Positions 1 through 9,350 of a stretch of DNA of 64,000 nt are shown here, piece after piece; the first letter of the stretch is position 1; the number at the start of each line of letters is the position of its first letter. The stretch is from Candidatus Woesearchaeota archaeon (lineage in GTDB: Archaea > Nanobdellota > Nanobdellia > Woesearchaeales > JABGXB01), in NCBI GenBank assembly GCA_018675975.1, contig JABGXB010000003.1, positions 203,821-267,820 of the forward strand, written 5' to 3'. The position numbers and the translations under genes were made by a program. The notes below the pieces were generated by a model. The model saw only the letters and a list, made by a program, of their open reading frames with translations. It made no database searches and was not told where the DNA came from.

Positions 1-196
1 AAAAATCTGCAATTACTTCATCTAAATAATAATCTAAATTATTATTTGTTTTTTTTAATTCATTTATATTATTATATTTTATAACACTTAAATCGTTCAT
101 TTTTGCTTTATTATTAAAAAAAAGACTAAAATTGCTAATTAAAATTATAATAAAAATTAATAAAATAAAAATAAAAAGTTTATTTTTAAGCTTCAT
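1..196 (-). CDS. Partial CDS (runs off window start), N-terminal membrane anchor/signal peptide
   Basis: Manual translation from ATG at 196: MKLKNKLFIFILLIFIIILISNFSLFFNNKAKMNDLSVIKY..., open to base 1; not in ORF track. Confidence 0.7.
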   Translation of the reverse strand, partial: MKLKNKLFIFILLIFIIILISNFSLFFNNKAKMNDLSVIKYNNINELKKTNNNLDYYLDEVIADF

Positions 197-466
197 AATA
201 CATTTTTACTTAATTCATTTATAAATAAACCTCTAGAAATATTCATTATAATATACACTTCTTTTTAAATATACAATTTAGAATCAAATTATATTAAAAA
301 CTATGATTAAAACCTCAAATTTGGGCTTTAATCTGGCAATAAGATAAAATTAGTGAAAATAATATAATTTAATGAAAATATAAAAATTAATAATTACCAA
401 ATGGTAGTGAATAAATTTATAAAACATTATTGTTTCACGAAAACATAAATATGAGGAATATTCAAA

Positions 467-1426
467 ATGGATAAAGGACTATTAGCAGTTGTAACGATTT
501 TGATGGTAATATTTGCAGCAGCTTTGGGATATGCACTATATGTTGTATCACAACCAGCTGAAGTATTAGTTGAAAATGTTGGAACTACAAATGAAAATAC
601 TAATGTAGATCAAACTAATCAATTAATTCAAAATTTACAAAGACAAATCGATGCAGAAATAAAAGCAAACGAAGAAGCAGTTAAGCTTTACGAAAATCAA
701 ATTAAAGATTTGGAATCAAGATATAAAGAAGAATTAGAAAAAACTAAAACTGATCTTGAAAATCAAAAAAATAATTTAGATTCAACATCAAGTAACACTA
801 ATAATGTAAAAAATAGTGCAAAATTCTTTTCAGATGAATACTTAGTTAATTACAATTTAAGAAGTTGTTCAGCTGATTTATCAAGAGTAGAAGATTTCAT
901 TGATAGTGATTATGATGATTACGAAAAAGATTTCAAAAAAGAATCAAGATCAACTGAAACTAATATTAAAGCAGTAAAAGATAAAATTACAGCAGTTAGA
1001 GCTTTATTAAATAAAACTACTACAACGTATACATTGAATGAAGGTACTACTTTAGCTCAATTTACAATTGAATTTAATAATATCGATACAATGCTTGAAA
1101 ATTTAGAAGATGATATTGACGATATTGCAAATGAAATGGATGTTGATGAATTAAAAGTTTTAGGATCTTGGGAAAAATTATATAAAAAAATTAATGAAGA
1201 TACTCAAAACGAAATTAGTGATGCACAAGACGACTACAGAGATGCTGAAGACGACTTAAGTGAAACAAGTGTAAACTATAGAGGTTTAGACGATTCATTA
1301 AACGATGTAATTGAAGATTTAAAAGATTCAGAAGAAGATATTAATGATGTTGAAAAGGATTTTGATGATTTAGAAAGAGAAGCAAAAAACTTTAGAACAC
1401 AATTAAAATCAGTTTGCGGAAATTAA
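467..1426 (+). CDS. Membrane-anchored acidic coiled-coil protein, function unknown
   Basis: N-terminal hydrophobic helix followed by long D/E-rich heptad-like sequence. Confidence 0.75.
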   Translation: MDKGLLAVVTILMVIFAAALGYALYVVSQPAEVLVENVGTTNENTNVDQTNQLIQNLQRQIDAEIKANEEAVKLYENQIKDLESRYKEELEKTKTDLENQKNNLDSTSSNTNNVKNSAKFFSDEYLVNYNLRSCSADLSRVEDFIDSDYDDYEKDFKKESRSTETNIKAVKDKITAVRALLNKTTTTYTLNEGTTLAQFTIEFNNIDTMLENLEDDIDDIANEMDVDELKVLGSWEKLYKKINEDTQNEISDAQDDYRDAEDDLSETSVNYRGLDDSLNDVIEDLKDSEEDINDVEKDFDDLEREAKNFRTQLKSVCGN

Positions 1427-1441
1427 TTTTTTTTTTATTTT

Positions 1442-2737
1442 TTATATTTTTTTAATATCTTTTTTTTTATAAAATATTTTACAAACAATAAATATTAATA
1501 TTAATATAATTAAAATTTCAATAAAATTATTATTATTATTAATTTCAGTTTTTTCAAAATTTATATCATCAGTATTTCTAGCATTTAAATTTTCAATAAT
1601 TTTATTTTCAGATTTAATTAATATCTTTGGTTTAAATTTATTTTCACTATTATCTATAGTTGTTAATTGATTATCATTATATTTGTCTATATTTTGACCA
1701 ATAGCAAAATAACTAAAACCTAATGTAACAGAACAATAAATGTTTGAATCAGTAAAAATTTTATCTATAAAAGTATCTAACTGCTCCCACTCATCATCAA
1801 CATATCTAAATAAATTAATATCATTTTGATCAATATTATATTTATTCAAATCCGATTTTTCAACTTTAAAACAAATAACTGCATCATTAATATAATTTTT
1901 TGGTATTGAAACATCTAATTCTAAATAATCAATTATATTTGATTTTACAGATAATATATCTTCAGGTTTTTCTTTTAATAAAGCAGCACTTACTTTTGAA
2001 GTTAATTTATCTGCATTAGTAGTTATTTTTATTTTTGTAATTGGCAAATCTATTTTAGTAAATATTATTGATTTGGTTTCCCCCTCATAAAAATTAATTA
2101 ATTTTACAGAAGTTGAAATTATATTTTCATCTCTTTTTAATTTTTTAATTGAATTCAAAGAATCATCATATTGCTTTATTGAATCATTTAGATTAGATTT
2201 TGTTATATTAAACGTAATCGATGATTTCCCAATTAAACTTTTATTTGATAAAATTGAATATACATCAATTGTTTTTATTTTATTATTAGTTATTGGCATA
2301 TTAATAAAATCAAAATTTAATATACTATATGGAGAACTATTTTTAAAATACGGATTTGAACCATATCCATAACCACTACCATAACCATATGCAAATCCAT
2401 AACTTTCAGAAAAATTATTTATATCTAATAAATTTATATTAACATTTTTTATTAATGCAGAACATAAATTAGAACTAATATTGAAATTAAAATTCCCATT
2501 CATTAAATAACTACAATTCAAAGACTCATTAATAAAAATTAAAAAACCAGAAATGGGTTCATAACCAGGATCAGTATTATTAAATTGATAAATTATATTT
2601 ATTGGACTACCATCCTCAATAACATTTTTATTTGAAATAATATTACTTTCAATTGACAATACATTAACTGAAAATAAAATAATAAACATAATACTAAATA
2701 CAAATGATAAACAAAAACCTCTTTTTATTTTTTTCAA
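1442..2737 (-). CDS. PGF-pre-PGF domain surface protein
   Basis: Signal peptide, GYGYG-like tract, 'LFRY..WEQL.T...GFSYFAIG' domain end, C-terminal TM plus basic tail; TTG start. Confidence 0.7.
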   Translation of the reverse strand: MKKIKRGFCLSFVFSIMFIILFSVNVLSIESNIISNKNVIEDGSPINIIYQFNNTDPGYEPISGFLIFINESLNCSYLMNGNFNFNISSNLCSALIKNVNINLLDINNFSESYGFAYGYGSGYGYGSNPYFKNSSPYSILNFDFINMPITNNKIKTIDVYSILSNKSLIGKSSITFNITKSNLNDSIKQYDDSLNSIKKLKRDENIISTSVKLINFYEGETKSIIFTKIDLPITKIKITTNADKLTSKVSAALLKEKPEDILSVKSNIIDYLELDVSIPKNYINDAVICFKVEKSDLNKYNIDQNDINLFRYVDDEWEQLDTFIDKIFTDSNIYCSVTLGFSYFAIGQNIDKYNDNQLTTIDNSENKFKPKILIKSENKIIENLNARNTDDINFEKTEINNNNNFIEILIILILIFIVCKIFYKKKDIKKI

Positions 2738-2827
2738 TTTAAATGCTTATATATTATATTACTTATAAAATTTTTTTATTTAATACATCGTAATGTTTTT
2801 AAAGGGAGATAATGAAAAATAAATATT

Positions 2828-3331
2828 ATGGAAAAAACTAAATCTATTTATGTTAAAGAAAAAAAATCCAAAATTCACGGAACTGGAATTTATGCAACTC
2901 GAGACATTCCAAAAAATACTTATGTTTTAGAATATGTTGGGGAAAAAGTTACTAAAAAACAAAGCGATCAAATCGCCCAAGATTTATTAGACAAATATGA
3001 AAAAAATAAAAAAAAATATGCAGGAGTTTTTTTATTTACATTAAATAGTAGATTTGATATTAATGGAAATGTTAAATGGAATACTGCACGATTCATTAAT
3101 CACTCATGTGATCCTAATTCTGAAGCAGTTATTGACAAAGGTCACATATGGATTGAAACTATTAAAAATGTAAAAAAAGGCGATGAAATTACATATAATT
3201 ATGGATATGACGTAGAAAATTATGAAGACCATCCCTGTTGGTGTGGCACAAAAAAATGTGTTAGTTATATTGTAGCAGAAAAACAATGGACTAAACTTAA
3301 AAAATTGTTAAAAAAAAAATTATCTAAATAA
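2828..3331 (+). CDS. SET-domain protein-lysine N-methyltransferase with post-SET zinc motif
   Basis: SKIHGTG, RFINHSCDPN, EITYNY, CWCGTKKC motifs. Confidence 0.93.
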   Translation: MEKTKSIYVKEKKSKIHGTGIYATRDIPKNTYVLEYVGEKVTKKQSDQIAQDLLDKYEKNKKKYAGVFLFTLNSRFDINGNVKWNTARFINHSCDPNSEAVIDKGHIWIETIKNVKKGDEITYNYGYDVENYEDHPCWCGTKKCVSYIVAEKQWTKLKKLLKKKLSK

Positions 3332-3541
3332 TAATTCCATAAATTTAACTAAGAAACCAATAAGTCCAATTATTAAAACACCAATTGCAGTAACTTTTAA
3401 TATACTTTTAAATTCTCTATCAGTTGGCTTTTTAGTTAAAGTTAATACTCTTCTATATTCAACCCATCTCTTATGTAAAAAGTAGCTTAACCCACCAATT
3501 AATAATACTAATGCAATTAATTTAATAATTAAGTCAATCAT
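3320..3541 (-). CDS. secE: Protein translocase SecE/Sec61 gamma with extra N-terminal hydrophobic helix
   Basis: EYRRVLTLTKKPTDREF...GVLIIGLIGF signature; start moved to ATG 3541 (MIDLII) since the upstream part is AT-rich promoter-like sequence. Confidence 0.85.
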   Translation of the reverse strand: MIDLIIKLIALVLLIGGLSYFLHKRWVEYRRVLTLTKKPTDREFKSILKVTAIGVLIIGLIGFLVKFMELLFR

Positions 3542-3627
3542 AATCTTAAAATTTTGTATGTATTTATAAAAGTTTATTATTATTAACATGGAGAAATTTA
3601 TATAAATGAATTCCATTTTTTTCAATT

Positions 3628-5064
3628 ATGACAGTAAATCAATTAAATCCACAAATCGTATGGAATTATTTTAATCAGTTATCAAAAATTCCTAGAAAAA
3701 GTAAATATGAACAAAAAGTTAGAGAATGGTTAATTGAATGGGCTACAAAAAATTCATTTGAATATAAAGTAGATAAAATTGGAAATTTAATAGTTTATAC
3801 AAAGGGTAGTCTAGGATATGAAAATTATTCTAATGTTTTATTACAATCACATATGGACATGGTTTGTATAAGTGATGGAGAATTTGATTTTATTAATAAT
3901 TCTATAACAACATATATTGATGAAGACTGGGTTAAAGCAAAAAATACAACTTTGGGCGCAGATAATGGAATTGGATTATGTATTAGTATGGCAATCGCAA
4001 CAGATTCTAGTATTAAACACCCACCCTTAGAATTATTATTCACAGTTGATGAAGAAACAGGACTAACAGGTGCTGCAGAATTGGATATTGATTTAATTAA
4101 AAGTAATTATATGTTAAATATTGATAGTGAAGAAAATGACACCATTACAATTGCTAGTGCAGGTGGAAATGAAATCCATTGTGAATTAAATTTAAATGTC
4201 ATTGAAAATCATTATGATTCATCAATTAAAATTACATTACTACAGATGCAAGGTGGCCATAGTGGAATGGAAATTAATAAAAATCAAGGTAATGCAATAA
4301 AAGTCATATTTTCAATCTTAAATAAATTAGAAGAATTTTCATTAAGTTATGTAAATGGAGGGGTTGCTACAAATGCAATACCAAAAGAATGTGAAATGAG
4401 TTTATCATATTATGATAAAGATTTTGAATTAATTAAAAAAATAATAAATGATGAATTTGAAAAAATTAAAAATCAATTAGATATGCCAAGTGCAGAAATT
4501 AATATAGAAAAAACTTCAAAAAAAGAAAAAATATTTAATAAAGAAACTACTCAAAAACTAATATCTACAATTAATAAAATACCAACCGGTGTAATAAAAA
4601 TGAGTGAGAATATTGATGGCTTAGTTAAAACTTCAAATAACTTAGGAACTATTGAGACAAATGAAAATAAAATAATAATGAACTGTATGTTTAGAAGTTC
4701 ATCAATATTAGATTTGGAAGAATTAGAAATTAAATTAAAAGAAATATTAAAAAAATTTAATAAAGTAGAAGCAAAAGGAAAATATCCTGGTTGGGAAAGC
4801 GACCCTAAAAAATCAAAATTGTTAGAATTGGCAAAACAAAAATTCGAATCACATTATAATAAAAAACCAGAAATTGTAGCACTTCATGCTGGACTTGAAT
4901 GCGGAATAATTATTGGAAAAGCAAAAAGAAACATCGATTGTATCAGTATAGGCCCAGACATTTTAGAAGCACATACACCAAGAGAAAGAGTAAGCATTAA
5001 AGGGGTTGCTGATTTTTATGAATATTTAAAAACATTAATAGAAGAATTAAAATTTAAAATTTAA
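3628..5064 (+). CDS. pepD: Aminoacyl-histidine/beta-Ala-His dipeptidase (M20C)
   Basis: LQSHMDMV, TLGADNGIG, TVDEETGL, GGHSG, HAGLECG, AHTPRE motifs. Confidence 0.92.
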   Translation: MTVNQLNPQIVWNYFNQLSKIPRKSKYEQKVREWLIEWATKNSFEYKVDKIGNLIVYTKGSLGYENYSNVLLQSHMDMVCISDGEFDFINNSITTYIDEDWVKAKNTTLGADNGIGLCISMAIATDSSIKHPPLELLFTVDEETGLTGAAELDIDLIKSNYMLNIDSEENDTITIASAGGNEIHCELNLNVIENHYDSSIKITLLQMQGGHSGMEINKNQGNAIKVIFSILNKLEEFSLSYVNGGVATNAIPKECEMSLSYYDKDFELIKKIINDEFEKIKNQLDMPSAEINIEKTSKKEKIFNKETTQKLISTINKIPTGVIKMSENIDGLVKTSNNLGTIETNENKIIMNCMFRSSSILDLEELEIKLKEILKKFNKVEAKGKYPGWESDPKKSKLLELAKQKFESHYNKKPEIVALHAGLECGIIIGKAKRNIDCISIGPDILEAHTPRERVSIKGVADFYEYLKTLIEELKFKI

Positions 5065-5462
5065 TTTGGATATTTCCGTTCAAATTTTTTTTTAGAACCA
5101 TAATCCACAAATTTTTTATGGTGACTAGGCTCCTTAAAATCATTTGATTTTTTATGTCTAATTGCACACCAATAAATTTCACTCTCAGCCGCAATCATTG
5201 TCCAATATTGAAATAATCCATTAATATATCCACAATAAGTACATTCAATTTTTTCAAGAAAATCCAAATATGACAATTTATACCTATCAATTTTAATATA
5301 TCTAGATCTTGGCACATAATCAATTCCACACAAAGGAAAACAAATTCTATGATATATCTCAATCCAAATATCTAATATGACTGAAGGAATAAGAATACTC
5401 CAAATCAATGGACCTGAAAATAAATGTCTTAAAAATCTATTTGGATATTTTTTATATTTCAC
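5061..5462 (-). CDS. Conserved hypothetical protein with Cys motifs
   Basis: One hydrophobic helix, YHRICFP, CTYCGY, YWCAIRH; GTG start. Confidence 0.7.
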   Translation of the reverse strand: MKYKKYPNRFLRHLFSGPLIWSILIPSVILDIWIEIYHRICFPLCGIDYVPRSRYIKIDRYKLSYLDFLEKIECTYCGYINGLFQYWTMIAAESEIYWCAIRHKKSNDFKEPSHHKKFVDYGSKKKFERKYPN

Positions 5463-5504
5463 AATAATAAATAGAATTTTGGATTTTTAAGTTTTACTAA
5501 TAAA

Positions 5505-6875
5505 TTAATTTAATAAAAATGGTTCACCCATACATGGAATAATATAATCTTCATATCTCCAAAAATCCGTTTCTTTACAATTCCATTCTTCAATTAATTC
5601 AATACCATCTCTAATTTCATTATCATTAATATCATTTGCATAATTTTGTGCTCTATTATTTTCAAAAGTTGGATTTCCACCTAATATAAAAAATGAAAAA
5701 TGTGAATCTTTAACTTCATTATTAATTAATTTAGAATTTCCTTTAATATCAAAACCCTCATGCCCACAATCTTTTGCAATATTATTTCTATATACACCAT
5801 TAGAATTAGCAATTGAAAAACAACCCCAAAAACCATGTCTTACTATTGAATTTTCAACAATTATATTTTCACTAGGATCAACAACCACTAAACAAGCTTG
5901 ACAATATTCAATTATTACATTATTAAAATATGCATCATCAGTATTTACTACTAATGATGACCAATCATTATAATATTTATCTTCTACATTTGATGTAAAC
6001 AAAATCGGATTATCTTTAGTCCCATTTGCATTAATTTTCCCATTAAAAAAAACAGATATATGTTTGTCAGTATATGGTTTTAATCTAGATGAATCTAAAT
6101 CATTAAATCCATCTGGACCTAATTCAATATGATGAATTGATGGAGTTTTATCTTTTGATTTAGTAAATTCAATACGTGTACCAGGAAGAATATTAATCTC
6201 CACCCATGGCATCATCATTAAATCTCCTTCAATTAAAATATTACCACTCCAAATTTGAGAAGAAAAAATTTCCCCACTCAATATCCTATCATAATCTTCT
6301 CTTTGTAAATTAATATAAGTATTTTCATCTATATTTTTTTTTATATCATAATCAATTTCAACTAAGTTATTTAATTCTTCATTATCTTCGATATCATCTT
6401 GATCTTCATCATTACTTTCTTCTTCATCTTCTTCAATATTATTTTCTTCTTCTTCTATGTCATCTTGATCTTCAGTATTAGTTTCTTCTTCAGCTTCTTC
6501 AGTATCGTTTTCTTCTTCGTTTATATCATCTTCTTCATCTATATCTTCTTGATCATCAGTATTAGTTTCTTCTTCAGCTTCTTCAGTATCATTTCCTTTT
6601 TCTATATCATCTTGATCTTCATCATTACTTTCTTCTTCATCTTCTTCAGTATCATTTTCTGTTTTCTTTTCTATTTCATTTAACTTAGAACTTCCGTTTA
6701 ATAATTTATCATTTAAATTAGCTTTATCATTATTTAAAATTTCATCACTTGAAACATTATTAATATTAAATTTATTTTCTTTATTATTATCAACATCTTT
6801 AAATAAAAATATTAAAAATATAGCTATAAATAAAAAAACAAATATAAATAATATTAATTCAAATTTATTCTTCAT
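5505..6875 (-). CDS. Membrane-anchored protein with acidic repeat stalk and right-handed beta-helix domain
   Basis: N-terminal TM, D/E repeat tract, GKINANGTKDNPILFTS motif followed by Asn-ladder repeats. Confidence 0.75.
   Translation of the reverse strand: MKNKFELILFIFVFLFIAIFLIFLFKDVDNNKENKFNINNVSSDEILNNDKANLNDKLLNGSSKLNEIEKKTENDTEEDEEESNDEDQDDIEKGNDTEEAEEETNTDDQEDIDEEDDINEEENDTEEAEEETNTEDQDDIEEEENNIEEDEEESNDEDQDDIEDNEELNNLVEIDYDIKKNIDENTYINLQREDYDRILSGEIFSSQIWSGNILIEGDLMMMPWVEINILPGTRIEFTKSKDKTPSIHHIELGPDGFNDLDSSRLKPYTDKHISVFFNGKINANGTKDNPILFTSNVEDKYYNDWSSLVVNTDDAYFNNVIIEYCQACLVVVDPSENIIVENSIVRHGFWGCFSIANSNGVYRNNIAKDCGHEGFDIKGNSKLINNEVKDSHFSFFILGGNPTFENNRAQNYANDINDNEIRDGIELIEEWNCKETDFWRYEDYIIPCMGEPFLLN
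6385..6660 (-). repeat. Imperfect coding tandem repeats (ENDTEEAEEETNTDDQED-like)
   Basis: About four near-duplicate acidic units visible in DNA and protein. Confidence 0.8.
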
Positions 6876-6918
6876 ATAAAAAATATAATTTTTAAATTAA
6901 TAAAATATTCTAAAAAAA

Positions 6919-7668
6919 TTAATTAGCATCAACTCTTGGTGCTAAAATAAAAGACAATAATAATCTATCTACAACTTTAAAATCAGCTTGCATTGGATAA
7001 TCAGCTTTTAATTTTAAATTAACAGTTCCACTAAGTTTTGATCCTTTTACAATTTTTTTTAAGTATTCTATAGAAAATTTACTTTTCAATGTAATACCTT
7101 CATCAACTGCAATCTCAACTAAATCTCCACTTTCAAAATCACTATTAGAATCACTTAAATCACCTGTTGCACTAGCAACAAATTTTTCATTATTAACTAT
7201 AAAACATAAACTTTCTGCAACAATTTCGGCATCTTCTACAATTTCAGTAAAAGTTTCACTACTCATTTTTATCGATGCATCAAAACTTAAATCAGGAACT
7301 TTCTGTTCTTTTTCATCTAAATCAATTATTGGAAGTGTAAATGTTCTCTTTGATTTTGATTTAAATTCAATAATTAATTTATTTGTATTTTCTTCTAATG
7401 TTAGACTAACAATATCAGTAGGTTTTGCTCTTTTCAAAATTTGTCTTAAATTCCCTAAATTAATTGCCATTTCAATTGGCTCATTTATTTCAAATACAGA
7501 AAAAGCTGATGATAGTAATTTAAAATTTACTAAAGCTACACTTGCTGGATCCATTGCAATTAATTCCATTGCATTTTCATTGATTCTAAATTTACCTTCA
7601 TTTACTAATTCAGAAATTATACTTATACCTTCTTTTAAATATTTTGACTCAGCTAATGTTAACTTCAT
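6919..7668 (-). CDS. pcn: DNA polymerase sliding clamp PCNA
   Basis: AMDPASVALV, FSIEYLKKI, C-terminal FILAPRV; 249 aa. Confidence 0.96.
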   Translation of the reverse strand: MKLTLAESKYLKEGISIISELVNEGKFRINENAMELIAMDPASVALVNFKLLSSAFSVFEINEPIEMAINLGNLRQILKRAKPTDIVSLTLEENTNKLIIEFKSKSKRTFTLPIIDLDEKEQKVPDLSFDASIKMSSETFTEIVEDAEIVAESLCFIVNNEKFVASATGDLSDSNSDFESGDLVEIAVDEGITLKSKFSIEYLKKIVKGSKLSGTVNLKLKADYPMQADFKVVDRLLLSFILAPRVDAN

Positions 7669-7783
7669 AATTTAACCTCTTTGGTATTGATTAAGTCGAT
7701 TTATTTATTAAGATTATGGTTTAAACATAGACACACAAATAAGTATTACAATATATAGAATAAACAATGATTAAAAATTAAAA

Positions 7784-9103
7784 TTATTCAAATATGTGTT
7801 CTTTACCAATTTCTAGAATAATTGAATTATTATAATTAATAGATTTTGCAATTTTTGCCACCTCTTGCTCAAATGGTTTATCTGCTGCTGAAGGAAAAAT
7901 AAATTCTGGTTTTGTAACTTCAATTAATTTTTTAATTTCATCATGGCTCGCATGACCAGAAGCATGTATATCTTTTAATATATTTACTTTTTTTTGTGCC
8001 AATTTACTTTCCAATATTTTTCTATTTTGTACACTCACAGGATTAGGAATAACTGTACATGAAAATATAATCCAATCATCATTTTTTAATGGATAATCTA
8101 ATATACCATCAACTATTTTACATAAATTTGCAGTTGGTTCACCTTGATGACCAGTTGTTACAATTATATATTTTTTAGGATTTTCTGAAACCATTTTTAA
8201 AATTCTTCTAATTTTATTTGGAAATTGTGCAATATTTTGCTTTGGTGCAATTTTTGTTAATTTTATATCATGTGCTGCATAAATATATTTGGCTAAACTC
8301 CTACCAAGAAAAACTGCTTCCCTTCCAACTCGTTTTGCAACATCTTTAATGGTTTTTAATCTTTGTAATTGTGATGAAAATGTTAAAATAAAAATAGATC
8401 TAGCATCATTATTTATTTTTTCAACTTCATTAAAAAGCATTTCACGAACTTCTACTTCTGTTTTTGTTGTTCCAGGAAAAACAGCCCTCGTACTATCAAC
8501 TATAATTGCTTTAAATGGACTCAACTCCTCTAATCTTTTAATATTACTTTTTGGACCAATAACAGGAGCATCATCAAATTTGTAATCATTTGTATATAAA
8601 AATCTCCCTTCTTTAGTTTCAACACAAATCATAACTGTATGTGGAATAGAATGAGTTACATAAATAAATTCAATTGTTATATCTTTATTAATTTTAAATC
8701 TACTATTACAATCTTGTGTAATAATAGTTGGAATTTCTTTATTTTCTTGTCTAAACATATTTAAAATAAATTGTGTTGTATATGGACTTGCATATACTTT
8801 TGCATTAGGAAAAAATTTAATTAAATATGGAGCTGCAAAAACATGATCAAAATGTGCATGAGATGGAATAATTGCAATTACATCATTAAATCTTTCTTTA
8901 AATAAAAAAACATCAGGAACTGCACCAACTTCAATTAATTCTTCTACTGTTGGAGCCAAACCTTCATGATCTTCCATAAAAGTAATATAATTATCTAAAT
9001 GAATCCCAATATCTAAAAGAATAATTTTTCCATTAACTTCAATATAGGTCATATTTTTTCCAAACTCACCATAACCACCAATAGCTTTAATTTTAAGAAC
9101 CAT
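7784..9103 (-). CDS. rnj: Ribonuclease J-like beta-CASP metallo-beta-lactamase
   Basis: IGGYGEFGKNMT, SHAHFDH, HSIPH, DYKFD, GHQGEP, HASGH; start reset to 9103 because the longer ORF overlaps tRNA-Cys. Confidence 0.88.
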   Translation of the reverse strand: MVLKIKAIGGYGEFGKNMTYIEVNGKIILLDIGIHLDNYITFMEDHEGLAPTVEELIEVGAVPDVFLFKERFNDVIAIIPSHAHFDHVFAAPYLIKFFPNAKVYASPYTTQFILNMFRQENKEIPTIITQDCNSRFKINKDITIEFIYVTHSIPHTVMICVETKEGRFLYTNDYKFDDAPVIGPKSNIKRLEELSPFKAIIVDSTRAVFPGTTKTEVEVREMLFNEVEKINNDARSIFILTFSSQLQRLKTIKDVAKRVGREAVFLGRSLAKYIYAAHDIKLTKIAPKQNIAQFPNKIRRILKMVSENPKKYIIVTTGHQGEPTANLCKIVDGILDYPLKNDDWIIFSCTVIPNPVSVQNRKILESKLAQKKVNILKDIHASGHASHDEIKKLIEVTKPEFIFPSAADKPFEQEVAKIAKSINYNNSIILEIGKEHIFE

Positions 9104-9132
9104 AATTAAAATTATTATATTAAATTTATAAA

Positions 9133-9206
9133 AGGAGGTGGTGGGATTTGAACCCACGCATGCAAGGGTTGCAGCCTTGTGCCTTACCGGACTTGGCGAC
9201 ACCTCC
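9133..9206 (-). tRNA. tRNA-Cys(GCA)
   Basis: GGAGGTG/CACCTCC acceptor stem, CAAGG-CT GCA AC-CCTTG anticodon arm, GTTCAAATC T-loop, U discriminator; no encoded CCA. Confidence 0.96.
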
Positions 9207-9222
9207 GATTAATAAAAAAAAA

Positions 9223-9297
9223 CGACCTAGGGGAGATTCGAACTCCCGACCTCAAGCTTAGAAGGCTCGCGCAATATCCAGGCTATGCTACTAGGCC
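9223..9297 (-). tRNA. tRNA-Arg(TCT)
   Basis: GGCCTAG/CTAGGTC acceptor, CGAGC-CT TCT AA-GCTTG anticodon arm, GTTCGAATC T-loop. Confidence 0.96.
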
Positions 9298-9350
9298 AGT
9301 AAATTGACTAGTTAATATTTAGTTTATAAATATTGTCTTTAAATAGAGAA

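Noticed and set aside
6399-6683. Phe/Ile-rich + strand ORF that looks like a membrane protein (likewise 20216..20578)
   Set aside because: Antisense shadow of acidic or Lys-rich repeats in the real minus-strand genes
9104-9202. N-terminal extension of the RNase J ORF
   Set aside because: Overlaps tRNA-Cys; family similarity starts at Met 9103
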